A stretch of DNA of 64,000 bases from Promethearchaeota archaeon (GCA_048941015.1 JBHLNZ010000010.1:11162-75161); one strand, 5' to 3'. Positions 50,811 to 61,201 are shown, counted from the first letter of the stretch. Translations and numbers: made by a program. The notes: generated from the sequence alone by a model not told the origin.

Positions 50811-51821
50811 TTATTCAGTTCTGAATTTAGATATAAGCTCTTCTTTTTTAATTTTCTTTTGATCTTTGAATTCTGATTTTTTTTTTTCGTAATCAGCTTT
50901 TTTCCGTTGAAATTCTAATCTTTTCTTTAAAGCTTTCTCTTTTTTAGTATGTTTCTTTTTTAAATATGCTTTTTTAGTCTTTTTAAATTCTTTTTTGGCT
51001 TTCTTATATTCTTTTTTCTTTTTTTTATATTTTTCATACTTCTTTTTTATTTCTCTTCGAAGATTTGGGCTAATTTTTTCTATTCCTAAAGCATTTAATT
51101 GTTTTTTAAAATTATCAAATGACTCAAATCTAATTACTATAATTCCTAACTCTCGAGCAGGAATGAGATTTCTAATTTTGTCATCAATAAATACACACTT
51201 TTTTGGTTTTGTATCTAATTTGTTTAACACATATTTGTATTTTTCTATATCTGGTTTTATCATTCCAAGTTCATTTGAAAGGAATACATTATCAAACATG
51301 TCATAGAATCCTCTTAAATCATTCGACTTAGCGTGAATATCATGAGTATTTGACATTAAACTAACAGTATATCCCGCATTATGTAAGCGTTCAATAATTT
51401 CTGCCATATCGGATGAAATATGTGTTACTTTTGTATAAAGATTAAACCAAAGCTCAATATAATAAGCCACATTCATTCTTTTTGGAGGTAAAGCCCCATT
51501 TTTCTTTTGATAGGGATAATAGTATTTTTCAAAAATTTTTTCTAAAAATTCATTAGAAGAAATAATACCAGAACTTAATCTTCGTTTTAATTTTCTAAGA
51601 TAAGGTTCAGTAAGAATATCAGGAATTTTAATTTTTAAATCATGTTCTAATATGGCGAAAAGATTCTTGAGAACAAAAGTCTTTTCAATTAGAACCCCTC
51701 CAAAATCGAATATAAAGTGTTTGATCTTATAAAGTTTCACTTTTTGTTTTTTAAAGACTTTATTCTCCTTTTTATCAATTTTTTTTGCTTTATATTTCTG
51801 ATCGTTCATTATTAATATCAA
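50811..51821 (-). CDS. HAD-superfamily phosphatase (YihX-like) with Lys-rich C-terminal tail
   Basis: FDFGGV, MSNT, KPD, FIDD..RN; last ~80 aa very Lys-rich. Confidence 0.9.
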   Translation of the reverse strand: MILIMNDQKYKAKKIDKKENKVFKKQKVKLYKIKHFIFDFGGVLIEKTFVLKNLFAILEHDLKIKIPDILTEPYLRKLKRRLSSGIISSNEFLEKIFEKYYYPYQKKNGALPPKRMNVAYYIELWFNLYTKVTHISSDMAEIIERLHNAGYTVSLMSNTHDIHAKSNDLRGFYDMFDNVFLSNELGMIKPDIEKYKYVLNKLDTKPKKCVFIDDKIRNLIPARELGIIVIRFESFDNFKKQLNALGIEKISPNLRREIKKKYEKYKKKKKEYKKAKKEFKKTKKAYLKKKHTKKEKALKKRLEFQRKKADYEKKKSEFKDQKKIKKEELISKFRTE

Positions 51822-52606
51822 ATTTTAATTTTTATATCTTGAAATTTCTCTAAAATTAAATTACATACTTTAGATACAGGATCTCCCTCGCATTTCCAAT
51901 TTGAAAATTCAGGAAAAGATCCAGAATCTACAATGTATAACCTATTCGTTGATTCTTCTTTAACAATATCTAAGTGACCAAATAATAAATTATAATTACT
52001 TTTCCATTTGGTTAAGATTTCTTTAATTTCATTAGAAAAATTGATCTTTTTCACTTCAGCATGCTCATTCATTAAAGGTTTTTTTTCACATACACAGAAT
52101 TCATCACTAATAAAGTAAGCCAAATAATGTTTGCCAAAAATGAATTTTTCTAAGAAAAGAATACCATTATCAATATCTTTAAGATCTTCTTTAGTTTTGA
52201 TAACCTTAACGCCTCTGCTTCCCGATCCCATAATAGGTTTTAAAATTAGAGGATAATCTGAGGATTTAACTTGACTTATTATTGTATCAATAGTGCCTAA
52301 AAAAGTCTTAGGGACTAGAAATCCTGCTTTTTTTGCTAAATGTTTTGACTCAATTCTGTTTTTATTTTTAAATGAAATTTCTGTATTTGGAATAACTGGT
52401 ATTTTATTTGCTTCTAAAAAATAACCTGCGTATAAATAAAACATTTTTTTAGATTTGAGAATGAAAAAGTCATTTTCTAAAAGGTTTTCATCGATGTTCG
52501 AATTATCAGCACTATAAATTTTTACATCCATTCCTTTACTTTCATAATATTTCTTCATTTTGCCTGTAAAGTGTGTTTTTCTCTTAGATAGGATTCCAAT
52601 TTTCAT
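51818..52606 (-). CDS. ATP-grasp protein, degenerate ITPK1/RimK-like
   Basis: PLILKPIMGSGSRGV, FLEKFI, FGHLDIV, IVDSGSFPEF. Confidence 0.8.
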   Translation of the reverse strand: MKIGILSKRKTHFTGKMKKYYESKGMDVKIYSADNSNIDENLLENDFFILKSKKMFYLYAGYFLEANKIPVIPNTEISFKNKNRIESKHLAKKAGFLVPKTFLGTIDTIISQVKSSDYPLILKPIMGSGSRGVKVIKTKEDLKDIDNGILFLEKFIFGKHYLAYFISDEFCVCEKKPLMNEHAEVKKINFSNEIKEILTKWKSNYNLLFGHLDIVKEESTNRLYIVDSGSFPEFSNWKCEGDPVSKVCNLILEKFQDIKIKI

Positions 52607-52619
52607 TTTGATTTCTCAT

Positions 52620-53438
52620 TTAGTTCTTTGCTTGATTAATTAAATAATCGCCTACTATTTTGGGACCATTTTTAATATAATTAAAATTGGGGGATGAATT
52701 AATATCTGTTAAATAAAAATTTCCTTTCTTATCTTGAAGAAAATCAATAGATGCAATTTTTAGATCAATACATTCTATTGCTTTCGAGGTTATTTCCCTT
52801 AATTCTGGAGTTTCATCAATTCTTTTCCGTGATTTCATCTTATTTGGATTTACTAAAATTGGTATTTGTTTATAAAAAAGAAATTCATTACCTATAACAT
52901 AGACTTTATATTCCCATTTACTTTTTATAAATTCTTGATAATAGAGATATTTATAATGCTCTTTTCCTCCTATTGCTTCATTTATAGCTCGTTCATCAGT
53001 TACTGCTAAATTTCCATTTTTCTTTTCAATTTTTGGTTTGAAACTATAATTTTTTTGATCAACAACATTTTTGATAATATAATCATGAAAAGGAGGTAAA
53101 ACACCTAAGGGGGTAATTGAAAAATTAGGAACAAGAATTCCAGCCCTCCTTAATAATGTGCTATTCAGAAATCTATTAAATGCCAACCAAATACTTTTTG
53201 AAGAGTTTATAACAGGAATAGAAGTATTTCTCTCAATTTGTTTTACTAACCCTAGGATTAAATCTCCTTTAGCTTTAACAAAAAAGATATCTTCATCGAA
53301 ATTTGTATCTGATAAGTCTAAAAGGTAATCTTCTTCTACATACAGATTTAAATCTACTTTCGATTTAATGTATTTTAGAAATTCAGTGACCTTTCTTTCT
53401 AAATGGTATTTATCTATGATAAGGCCAATTTTTATCAA
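52620..53438 (-). CDS. ATP-grasp protein, ITPK1-like inositol phosphate kinase candidate
   Basis: YQEFI, EYKVYVIG, IASIDFL, LTDINSSPNF. Confidence 0.75.
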   Translation of the reverse strand: MIKIGLIIDKYHLERKVTEFLKYIKSKVDLNLYVEEDYLLDLSDTNFDEDIFFVKAKGDLILGLVKQIERNTSIPVINSSKSIWLAFNRFLNSTLLRRAGILVPNFSITPLGVLPPFHDYIIKNVVDQKNYSFKPKIEKKNGNLAVTDERAINEAIGGKEHYKYLYYQEFIKSKWEYKVYVIGNEFLFYKQIPILVNPNKMKSRKRIDETPELREITSKAIECIDLKIASIDFLQDKKGNFYLTDINSSPNFNYIKNGPKIVGDYLINQAKN

Positions 53439-53811
53439 GTATTATACCTTGCTGTAAATTTTTTCTATAATATAATCTTTCTAAATTTTTTTCACAATCT
53501 TTACTTAGTTGAAATGAATATAAAATATTTATTTTAAATAAACAAAAGAAATAAATTAAATTTTAATGAATTATATTTCTTTCTGAATTTCTTCTAAGGT
53601 CAATCAAGAGAATAAAGCTAACAAAAATAAATTTTCACATAAATTTTTAGAATTAAACTAACTTTTCTATGTTCTCTTTTATTCATTATAAAACTATTAT
53701 AAAATACTCAAGAAAACTCTGGGATTCAATCTATAAATAACAACTGATATAATCAATACATTTATATATTATGGTTTGTATTTTAACATTCAAAATAATG
53801 GGGTTTTTTAA

Positions 53812-54723
53812 ATGGCTAATAACATTAAGAGAATATACATTGGAGCCATTTGTAATAGAGATCTTGAAGTGTTAGAAAAAATTAAAACCCTATTGTTAAA
53901 AAATTATAATATTACAGTAATCAATTTATTAAAGAAAGATACTTATACTTTTGATTTAGAGTATTTTAAAAAGAAGGTGAGAAAGTATCCAATTTCATTT
54001 TTAATTCTGAAATTGACTACAGATAAATCGAATGAGCAGATATACAATGCAATTATTAAATACGCTCCTAATGTTCCTGTTTTAAATAGTATAAAATCTG
54101 TAAAAACTTGCGAGAGTAGAACAGAAACTTTTAAATTAATTAATAAAACTTGTAAAAATCTTAAAACACCTTCCACCTATCCTTCAATAGAAGATGCTCT
54201 TGAAGCAAGTAAGAATGGAAAGAAAATAATTATAAAACTAGACGCTCATAATATACCTGGTTTACCGAAAAATGATAGGATCATAGGAATAGCTCGTTCT
54301 TCGGAAGATTTCAATGAATTAGTTAGAAACCATAAAGGAAATACACTTTTTTTACAAGATTATCTCGGTAGTTTTGATATAATATATAAAATATATGTAA
54401 TTGGAAGATGGATTGTATCAATCACTTCACATAATCGATTAGATTTGAATGATAATTTGACTCCCTTAGAACTCATACATATCAGAATCCCAGTTGATAA
54501 AGACTTGAAAAGGAGAATAAAAAGATTAGGTCGAAAATTAAATATGTCAGTATTTGGTGTAGATTATATTTTAACTGAAGATGGTCCCTATATAATAGAT
54601 GTTAATGATTTTCCAAGCTTTAGAAGCATACCAGAAGGAGCTAGTCTAATTTCTGATCACATCTATAATTTGATTAACTTACGAGAACAATTTATAAAAA
54701 TTTCAGTAGGAATAAAAAGTTAA
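53812..54723 (+). CDS. ATP-grasp protein, ITPK1-like inositol phosphate kinase candidate
   Basis: FLQDYL, IYKIYVIG, VFGVDYI, IIDVNDFPSF. Confidence 0.8.
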   Translation: MANNIKRIYIGAICNRDLEVLEKIKTLLLKNYNITVINLLKKDTYTFDLEYFKKKVRKYPISFLILKLTTDKSNEQIYNAIIKYAPNVPVLNSIKSVKTCESRTETFKLINKTCKNLKTPSTYPSIEDALEASKNGKKIIIKLDAHNIPGLPKNDRIIGIARSSEDFNELVRNHKGNTLFLQDYLGSFDIIYKIYVIGRWIVSITSHNRLDLNDNLTPLELIHIRIPVDKDLKRRIKRLGRKLNMSVFGVDYILTEDGPYIIDVNDFPSFRSIPEGASLISDHIYNLINLREQFIKISVGIKS

Positions 54724-54724
54724 A

Positions 54725-55816
54725 TTATCTCTCTCTTTTACCTTCTATAAATTCAACTAATCTATCTTTTGCTAGTTGGTCCTCTAATTGTTCTGGAGGA
54801 TGCTTATTAAAAAAGGAGCATGCTGATTGAAGAACCCCTCCAATTTGGCGATCTTTCGCAATTTTAGATACCCTTATAGAATCTGTAATAATACCCGCAG
54901 AATTATTTCCATCCTCTACAAACATCGTTATATCTATTCTAACCGGAGCTCCCCCAAAAATCCTCCCTTCAAGTCTCATATATGCTTCTTTTTGATTTTT
55001 TAAGAATGGAATGTAATCTACAGCAGATATTTGACAATCAATATTTTCTTTATTTTGAAGATTAGCGATTACTGCTTCTGTTTTAGACTGTCGTTTACCT
55101 TCTTCATATACTAGAGAACCATTTGGTTTTGATGTTAAAAGATTGCAGAAATCTGATGACCCTCCCCAGTCTAATTGTAAGGTACGGTCTAGTATAGCTC
55201 CACGCATTGGAAATAGGTTAGTTAATGATCGATGTATAATCGTTGCGCCTATCTGTGATTTTACATCATCACCTATTAAAGAAAGTTTCATCTTTTCAGC
55301 TTTCATGACAATTTCTGGATCTTTAGCGACATGTGAAGGCATTCCATTGATTACACATGCACCAGCATCAAGTGCAGCATTAGCATAAAATTTTACAGCT
55401 TTATGACAGCCGGTTGGAAGTAAAATAACAGCAACATCAACTCCACGAGCATTAATCTCATTACTAGTTTCAGATATTTCTTGATTTTCATCAACAGGCA
55501 CAATATTTTTTATATTACTATCTAAACCATCCAAGATAGGACCTTTAATAACAGGAGCATTTAGATATTCAGGTTCAAAGAGTTTCATATTACAATTGGG
55601 TTCTGCAAAAATAGCTTTACTTAAATCTTTTCCAACTTTATTTGCATTTACATCTATTCCAAGAACAAAATTAATATCATTTATGCTATATTGCGTAATT
55701 TCTGATAAAATCCCTATAATTTTGTGGGGATTTTTCTTATAATTTTCTACTCCTTGAACCAAAGCACTCGCAACATCACCAACTCCTATAAGAGCAACAT
55801 TAATTTTATTCGCCAT
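54725..55816 (-). CDS. ino1: myo-inositol-1(3)-phosphate synthase (minus strand; the track labels it +)
   Basis: Reverse complement of 55816 downward reads ATG GCG AAT AAA ATT (MANKI); motifs GDDVKSQIGAT, SKT, K.AY, ED..NSAG, F.KHPP. Confidence 0.9.
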   Translation of the reverse strand: MANKINVALIGVGDVASALVQGVENYKKNPHKIIGILSEITQYSINDINFVLGIDVNANKVGKDLSKAIFAEPNCNMKLFEPEYLNAPVIKGPILDGLDSNIKNIVPVDENQEISETSNEINARGVDVAVILLPTGCHKAVKFYANAALDAGACVINGMPSHVAKDPEIVMKAEKMKLSLIGDDVKSQIGATIIHRSLTNLFPMRGAILDRTLQLDWGGSSDFCNLLTSKPNGSLVYEEGKRQSKTEAVIANLQNKENIDCQISAVDYIPFLKNQKEAYMRLEGRIFGGAPVRIDITMFVEDGNNSAGIITDSIRVSKIAKDRQIGGVLQSACSFFNKHPPEQLEDQLAKDRLVEFIEGKRER

Positions 55817-56036
55817 GATATTTTTTATAATAAAATTATAATATTTAAATGCTCTCAATAAGGATTATCTGAACCTAATTTCTGTTTTATCTACAGATTA
55901 TTTAAAAATAGCATTAAAAAGGAAATTAAATTCGTAACAATTATTATTTTTCTATAAAATTATAAAGAAAATATTCTAATCTTTTTTAATCATAAAATGC
56001 TTTTTAAAATCAGTATTAATAAATGGATTATTTAAC

Positions 56037-58853
56037 ATGAAAGTAGAAGATAAAAAGATATTCTTTATTCTTTCTCCCCATATCAATTATTATCATTCTT
56101 ATAGAGGGGATTCGAGAGGTGTTTCCGGTTTTGGCAAGGATATACAAATGATGAGTGATATTCTCGACGAATTGGATAAAATTGAAGACAAAAATTTCAG
56201 ATTTAAGGATATGAGAATAACCTGGGATTATGGTGATACATTTTGGTCGATTCAACTTCAGAAAGAATACCAACAAGATGTCCTAGATAGAGTTATTGAA
56301 AGGTGTAAGAATGGTAAGGATGAGGTATTAATAGGATCTTGGGGAAATTGTGCTGCCTCAATTCTAGATACTGAAGAATATATACAACAACATAATTGGT
56401 TTTTGGAAAATTCAATGGGTATTGGAGTTAATCAATTATTTCCTGGAAGAGTTGCTCCTTATATCAGAACTCAAGAAACTATGTTTAGCCAGGGTATGAT
56501 AGAGCTATTTAATAAATTAGGTATTGAAGGAATAGGTATTTATTATTCAAGATATGGATTTGACGCAGCTCGTCCCTTTATCAACCCACGATTATCTTTA
56601 AATCAATGCTATGGTTTAACAAAATTTAAATCAACCATCTCAGAGGCTAGGTGCTTAATGATACCTATGTATGCATTTGGAGATGTACTAGATTTCTACT
56701 CAATAAAGAGATGGTTTGAATTTATTAGGAAAAAGCAAGTTTCTGGCGAAATAAGTGGTCATGCCTTAATTTTTCTTAATTTTGATATGGACTATGGTGG
56801 ATGGGTAGGAATGAAATTACCTAAAATCGCCCAATGGATGCCTAATTCCAGAGGGTTATTGGAATTTGCTGAAGCAGTAGATAAATATGAATATGTTGAA
56901 TTTGGAAATTTATTAGATGTAATACCAAAGTTAGAAGTGCAGGGGGAAGTTTATTTAAGGGAAGATGTAGCTGATGGCATGTGGAATGGATACTATAATT
57001 GGGCTCAGAAGTATAATAACACTCAATTTTGGACTATAGCACAGCGAGCAAGATGGATGAAATCTATATCAGATACCTTGATGTCAGTATCTCTGGTTAA
57101 AGATTCGGTAGATAATGTAAACAATTATTTACGAAAGGATGACGATTCTGAAGAAACTTATATCAAAAATAAAATATTATTTGCTTCCACTACAAACTTC
57201 GGAATGGCAATGCCCTTCCTACATCACCATAGGCGGAAAACTGCAATAAGTTATGTTTTGAGGGCTTTTTCAGCAGCAATAAATGCTGTTGATTTGGCAG
57301 TGCAAGAAGCTGTGCAAAAATTAAAGAATGATTATAAAGACATTGACTCATTTATAATAATTACACCTATTCTAAATAGAGGAATGTCAGAAAAAGAAAC
57401 TATTTCAATTAAATCTCCAATCCTAATTCGATCTGAACTTCCATCCAAATTTTTAGATAAGTTAGGATTCCAAAACAATAATTTTAATTTAATAAATCCA
57501 CTTTCAAATAAAATTATAACAAACTTTGCTATATACCAAAATCAATTAAATTCCGATATTATATTAGAAGCTTTAATACCCTCCGCTGAGTTTGATCAAA
57601 GTGATTACCAAACTCTTGTTCTTTCAATTAAACCCGAAGAATCTTCTCTGAAAGAAAAACCAGAAGAATTATCTGCTACGAAAAGATCGATAAAAAATCA
57701 ATTTATAGATTTAAAAGTCAATGATAATGGGAAAATAAGTTCATTTAAATTTAATGATGTCGAATTTGCTTGTCCAAATTTCTTAAATACTGCAGTTACT
57801 TTTGGAAAAGAAATATATTCTAAAAATAACGAAGTAGAAATCTTGAGAGATGGATCTGATGGATTTTCAGCTTCCATTAAAATTAAAGGCGAGTTTGAAG
57901 TAATTAAAAATTATAAGGTAAAATTTGAAAAGATTCTCACTTCATATACTGGATTACCCCATTTATTTATACGAGTTTTAATGAATATACCAGATATTAG
58001 AGGTGGAGCAACAATTAGGAGAGGAGGAGATGGGTCAACTTATTTTGTTGAAGAAAAATATGATAGTAGATGGCAAGAAATCATGCCATGTGAAATTCGT
58101 CCTAATTTAATTGGACTTGAAAAACCATTAAAGGTTTGGAAAAGAAACTTTCTTGGAGTTGTTGATTATTTTAATCTTGATATGAAAGAGGTTGATCCTA
58201 AAAACGCAGATATCGATTGCCTGGTTGCTAATATATCAGATGGTTGGATGGGTTTGTCAGATCGCGAAAAAGGATTAATTGTTGGCTTTAATTCTCTTGA
58301 GGGAGCAAATTTTGCTTTTTCTCCAATTAAGGTTAAAGATAAGGGTTTTAAAGATATTAAAATTAAAGGTCAACAGGTTAGAATTAATCCTTTTGGAACA
58401 TATTATGGTAAAATTTTTCACTATTGGACAGAGGGAAATGGTCATGCTCAAAAAGTTACTAAAAACCTTATTGAAACCAATTATTCCACTGCCCCTACAT
58501 TCAGTGGAAAAGTAATATCGTTTGAATTATCCATATCACCATATATTGGAAATTCTCCACCAGAATCTATTCAATCCTTTGCTAACCACTTTTCTATGAT
58601 GCCTTTAATTCTAATGGGAACTAGTAAAGATGGTATTCTCCATAATAATTATACAAAATATATTGAATTAGCAGAAAAATTGAAAGAAGAATACCAAGTA
58701 CAAGATCTAATGAAATTGTCTTACATTGAGTGGGTTCGAAAAATTAATGAAAATTTTGATACATCAGCACTAGAAACTTCCTCAATTAAAAAGTCAGGAA
58801 TTCCTATAAGTGTGATTTTAAGGATGTTGATTGATGGAATAAAGGGCAGATGA
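56037..58853 (+). CDS. Large GH38/GH57-like glycoside hydrolase
   Basis: N-terminal SPHINYYHSYRGD metal-site-like motif, RTQET, NFDMD; C-terminal beta-supersandwich-like region (IKNQFIDLKV); family uncertain. Confidence 0.55.
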   Translation: MKVEDKKIFFILSPHINYYHSYRGDSRGVSGFGKDIQMMSDILDELDKIEDKNFRFKDMRITWDYGDTFWSIQLQKEYQQDVLDRVIERCKNGKDEVLIGSWGNCAASILDTEEYIQQHNWFLENSMGIGVNQLFPGRVAPYIRTQETMFSQGMIELFNKLGIEGIGIYYSRYGFDAARPFINPRLSLNQCYGLTKFKSTISEARCLMIPMYAFGDVLDFYSIKRWFEFIRKKQVSGEISGHALIFLNFDMDYGGWVGMKLPKIAQWMPNSRGLLEFAEAVDKYEYVEFGNLLDVIPKLEVQGEVYLREDVADGMWNGYYNWAQKYNNTQFWTIAQRARWMKSISDTLMSVSLVKDSVDNVNNYLRKDDDSEETYIKNKILFASTTNFGMAMPFLHHHRRKTAISYVLRAFSAAINAVDLAVQEAVQKLKNDYKDIDSFIIITPILNRGMSEKETISIKSPILIRSELPSKFLDKLGFQNNNFNLINPLSNKIITNFAIYQNQLNSDIILEALIPSAEFDQSDYQTLVLSIKPEESSLKEKPEELSATKRSIKNQFIDLKVNDNGKISSFKFNDVEFACPNFLNTAVTFGKEIYSKNNEVEILRDGSDGFSASIKIKGEFEVIKNYKVKFEKILTSYTGLPHLFIRVLMNIPDIRGGATIRRGGDGSTYFVEEKYDSRWQEIMPCEIRPNLIGLEKPLKVWKRNFLGVVDYFNLDMKEVDPKNADIDCLVANISDGWMGLSDREKGLIVGFNSLEGANFAFSPIKVKDKGFKDIKIKGQQVRINPFGTYYGKIFHYWTEGNGHAQKVTKNLIETNYSTAPTFSGKVISFELSISPYIGNSPPESIQSFANHFSMMPLILMGTSKDGILHNNYTKYIELAEKLKEEYQVQDLMKLSYIEWVRKINENFDTSALETSSIKKSGIPISVILRMLIDGIKGR

Positions 58854-58888
58854 CAATAAAAAATTAAAATTTATTTGGTGGTCTTAAG

Positions 58889-59902
58889 TTGAATGAAAAA
58901 ATGAGAACATTAATTTTTCCAGAAGCGTGGATTGTTAAACTTATAGAAGTTGAAGTTCCTAAACCAAAACCAGATGAAGTATTAGCTCAGATCATCTCTG
59001 TGGGAATTTGTGGAAGTGATATAGGAATATTTGAAGGTGATCACTGGATAATTGCCCATGAACCAGGAGGACATGGGCATGAAACAGGAGCTATTGCTGT
59101 TGAGGTAGGTAAAAACGTTGAAGGAATAAATGTAGGAGATCATTTAGCACGAATGGGACAAGGTTATGCTGAATATTCGACTTATGTAAATGTTGTTGGC
59201 CATGGTAAAGATGAATTATCTGGGGCATTACCGATAGTCAGAAATGATCTTACCATGGATGATATTTCTTTCGCTGATGCAGTAGGATGTGCAATCAACT
59301 GCTATGAAAGAGCTGAATTCGAGAGAATTGATGGAGATAAAACGGCAATTGTACTAGGATTAGGACCGATTGGGCTCATTTTAACTCAAATTCTACTGAA
59401 CAATGGCATAAAAGTTGCAGCTTCAGAATCATATCATCATAAAAGAGATTTAGCACAAAAATGGGGAGCAGAGGTTTTTGATCCCAATGAATATTCACGA
59501 CCCACTCATGGAAATTATAGTGTTGTGGATGAAATTAGAAAAGAGTTTGGTAACGCTCATGCTGTATTTGAAATGGTTGGTCATAATGATACTTTACTTA
59601 ATGCAGTGGATTTAGTAAAATCTGGACATCGTGTTATAGTTTTTGGTGCCCAAAAAATGCAATATATTCCGTATGTAAACTGTAGGAAAAAAGGAGTAGA
59701 GCTAGTTTATCCCGAAGCAATGGTTAACTCTAAAGCAGACAAAGATTACTGGGATGAAGCTCTTGATTTAATTGCCAGTAAAAAACTTGATTTAAATAGT
59801 TTAATAACTAAAAGAATAACTTTAGAAGAAGCAGTAGACGCATTCAATTATTATGATCGTGAAAAATGGATTAAAATTATAGTTGAGCCTCAGAAAAAAT
59901 AA
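58889..59902 (+). CDS. Zn-dependent (MDR) polyol/sugar dehydrogenase
   Basis: GICGSD, GHE, GLGPIG; lacks the structural-Zn four-Cys lobe. Confidence 0.88.
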   Translation: MNEKMRTLIFPEAWIVKLIEVEVPKPKPDEVLAQIISVGICGSDIGIFEGDHWIIAHEPGGHGHETGAIAVEVGKNVEGINVGDHLARMGQGYAEYSTYVNVVGHGKDELSGALPIVRNDLTMDDISFADAVGCAINCYERAEFERIDGDKTAIVLGLGPIGLILTQILLNNGIKVAASESYHHKRDLAQKWGAEVFDPNEYSRPTHGNYSVVDEIRKEFGNAHAVFEMVGHNDTLLNAVDLVKSGHRVIVFGAQKMQYIPYVNCRKKGVELVYPEAMVNSKADKDYWDEALDLIASKKLDLNSLITKRITLEEAVDAFNYYDREKWIKIIVEPQKK

Positions 59903-59917
59903 AAAAAAAAGAATTTT

Positions 59918-61201
59918 TTAAACTTTTTTTAGAGTTTCTTTAACTATAAGAAAGAAAGGTATTGAAATAATGAAAAATATAGCAGCAATTACAAAAATCC
60001 ATTGCAAACCAAGAATCTCTGCAGCCAAACCTCCTGCAAATGCGCCTAAAACCTGAGATATTGTATAAACAATATTAAATATTCCATAAAATTGTCCTCT
60101 TTTGTTAATAGGCAATGTATCCTGTGCCCAGGCGTTAATAATAGTATCTAGACCAAGTAAACCAACTAAAATGAAAGGTAATAATACTACGAATAAAATA
60201 TAATTAAAAGTAGCTCCACTTCCTGCAAAGATCACTGAACAATATGCGATACTAATAATTACTATGATTAAAGGCAAAAATCTTTTTCGTCCGAATTTAT
60301 CAGCAAGTTTTCCTAAGTAGATTACAATGGGAAAAAGTAAAATGAATCCAACTGCAACAGCAATTAATAATTCTAGAGTGGATAAACCTTGATCAAAAAT
60401 GAAGATGAACAAAAAGGGCATTACTGATGCGATTCCTGATTGAAATACTGTAGCTGCAAGAGTGATTTTATAAAATTCTTTTTGATTTTTGATATCGCTT
60501 AGATTAAAAGTCTCCTTCAATTCTGTAATGAATTTCTTCTTGGGAGGTAATTCTGAAGTTGATTTTTCTTTTATAAAAGTAAATCCAATTATTCCACAAA
60601 CGGCAAAAAATAAACCTCCAATAGTAAGTAGAATAAAATGTCCTTCTTGTGGAATAATTGTTCCCCCACCTGGACCAGGAACACCGAATAATTCATTACC
60701 AAGCAAGAAAAAAGCAAGTGCTATAATTAATCCAAGGTATGAAACTGCTTGTATGATACCATTAGCACGCCCCCTATGTTCTAAATCTACTAAGTCTGGA
60801 ATAATTGCACGCTCTGCGGAAGAATAAGCATTAGAAGTGACACCAATAAGTACAACATCGATAATAACACAGAGGATGTAGCTATTAGATAAACCATAGA
60901 AAATCATTCCGAGTCCCGCTAAAATTCCAAAAAGGAAAAATGGTCTTCTCCTACCAAATTTCGATCTTGTATTATCACTTATTATTCCCCAGACAAAATT
61001 CATAATTAATCCTACCACTGCAGATAAAGCAACCATTACAGAAATATAGATTTCGGAAAGGTTTAGAACATGGTCTAAGTATGTATTAAAGAAATTTTGC
61101 TCGAAAAAGAAAAATACACGATCTGCTGCCCAAAGGATTCCAATGATAATTACCTGTATTAATAAAAAACGACTAAATTTTTTTCTTTCCAATTTAATCA
61201 C
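59918..61201 (-). CDS. MFS sugar/glycoside transporter (minus strand; the track labels it +)
   Basis: Reverse complement from 61201 reads GTG ATT AAA TTG GAA; WGIISDNTRSKFGRRRPF, GKLADKFGRK. Confidence 0.9.
   Translation of the reverse strand: MIKLERKKFSRFLLIQVIIIGILWAADRVFFFFEQNFFNTYLDHVLNLSEIYISVMVALSAVVGLIMNFVWGIISDNTRSKFGRRRPFFLFGILAGLGMIFYGLSNSYILCVIIDVVLIGVTSNAYSSAERAIIPDLVDLEHRGRANGIIQAVSYLGLIIALAFFLLGNELFGVPGPGGGTIIPQEGHFILLTIGGLFFAVCGIIGFTFIKEKSTSELPPKKKFITELKETFNLSDIKNQKEFYKITLAATVFQSGIASVMPFLFIFIFDQGLSTLELLIAVAVGFILLFPIVIYLGKLADKFGRKRFLPLIIVIISIAYCSVIFAGSGATFNYILFVVLLPFILVGLLGLDTIINAWAQDTLPINKRGQFYGIFNIVYTISQVLGAFAGGLAAEILGLQWIFVIAAIFFIISIPFFLIVKETLKKV

Noticed and set aside
54725-55858. 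ORF track strand '+' and TTG start at 55858 for the MIPS gene
   Set aside because: The listed protein is read from the reverse complement; the ATG at 55816 (MANKI) matches where the family fold begins.
59918-61201. ORF track strand '+' for the MFS transporter
   Set aside because: The listed protein is encoded on the minus strand (GTG at 61201, stop at 59918-59920).
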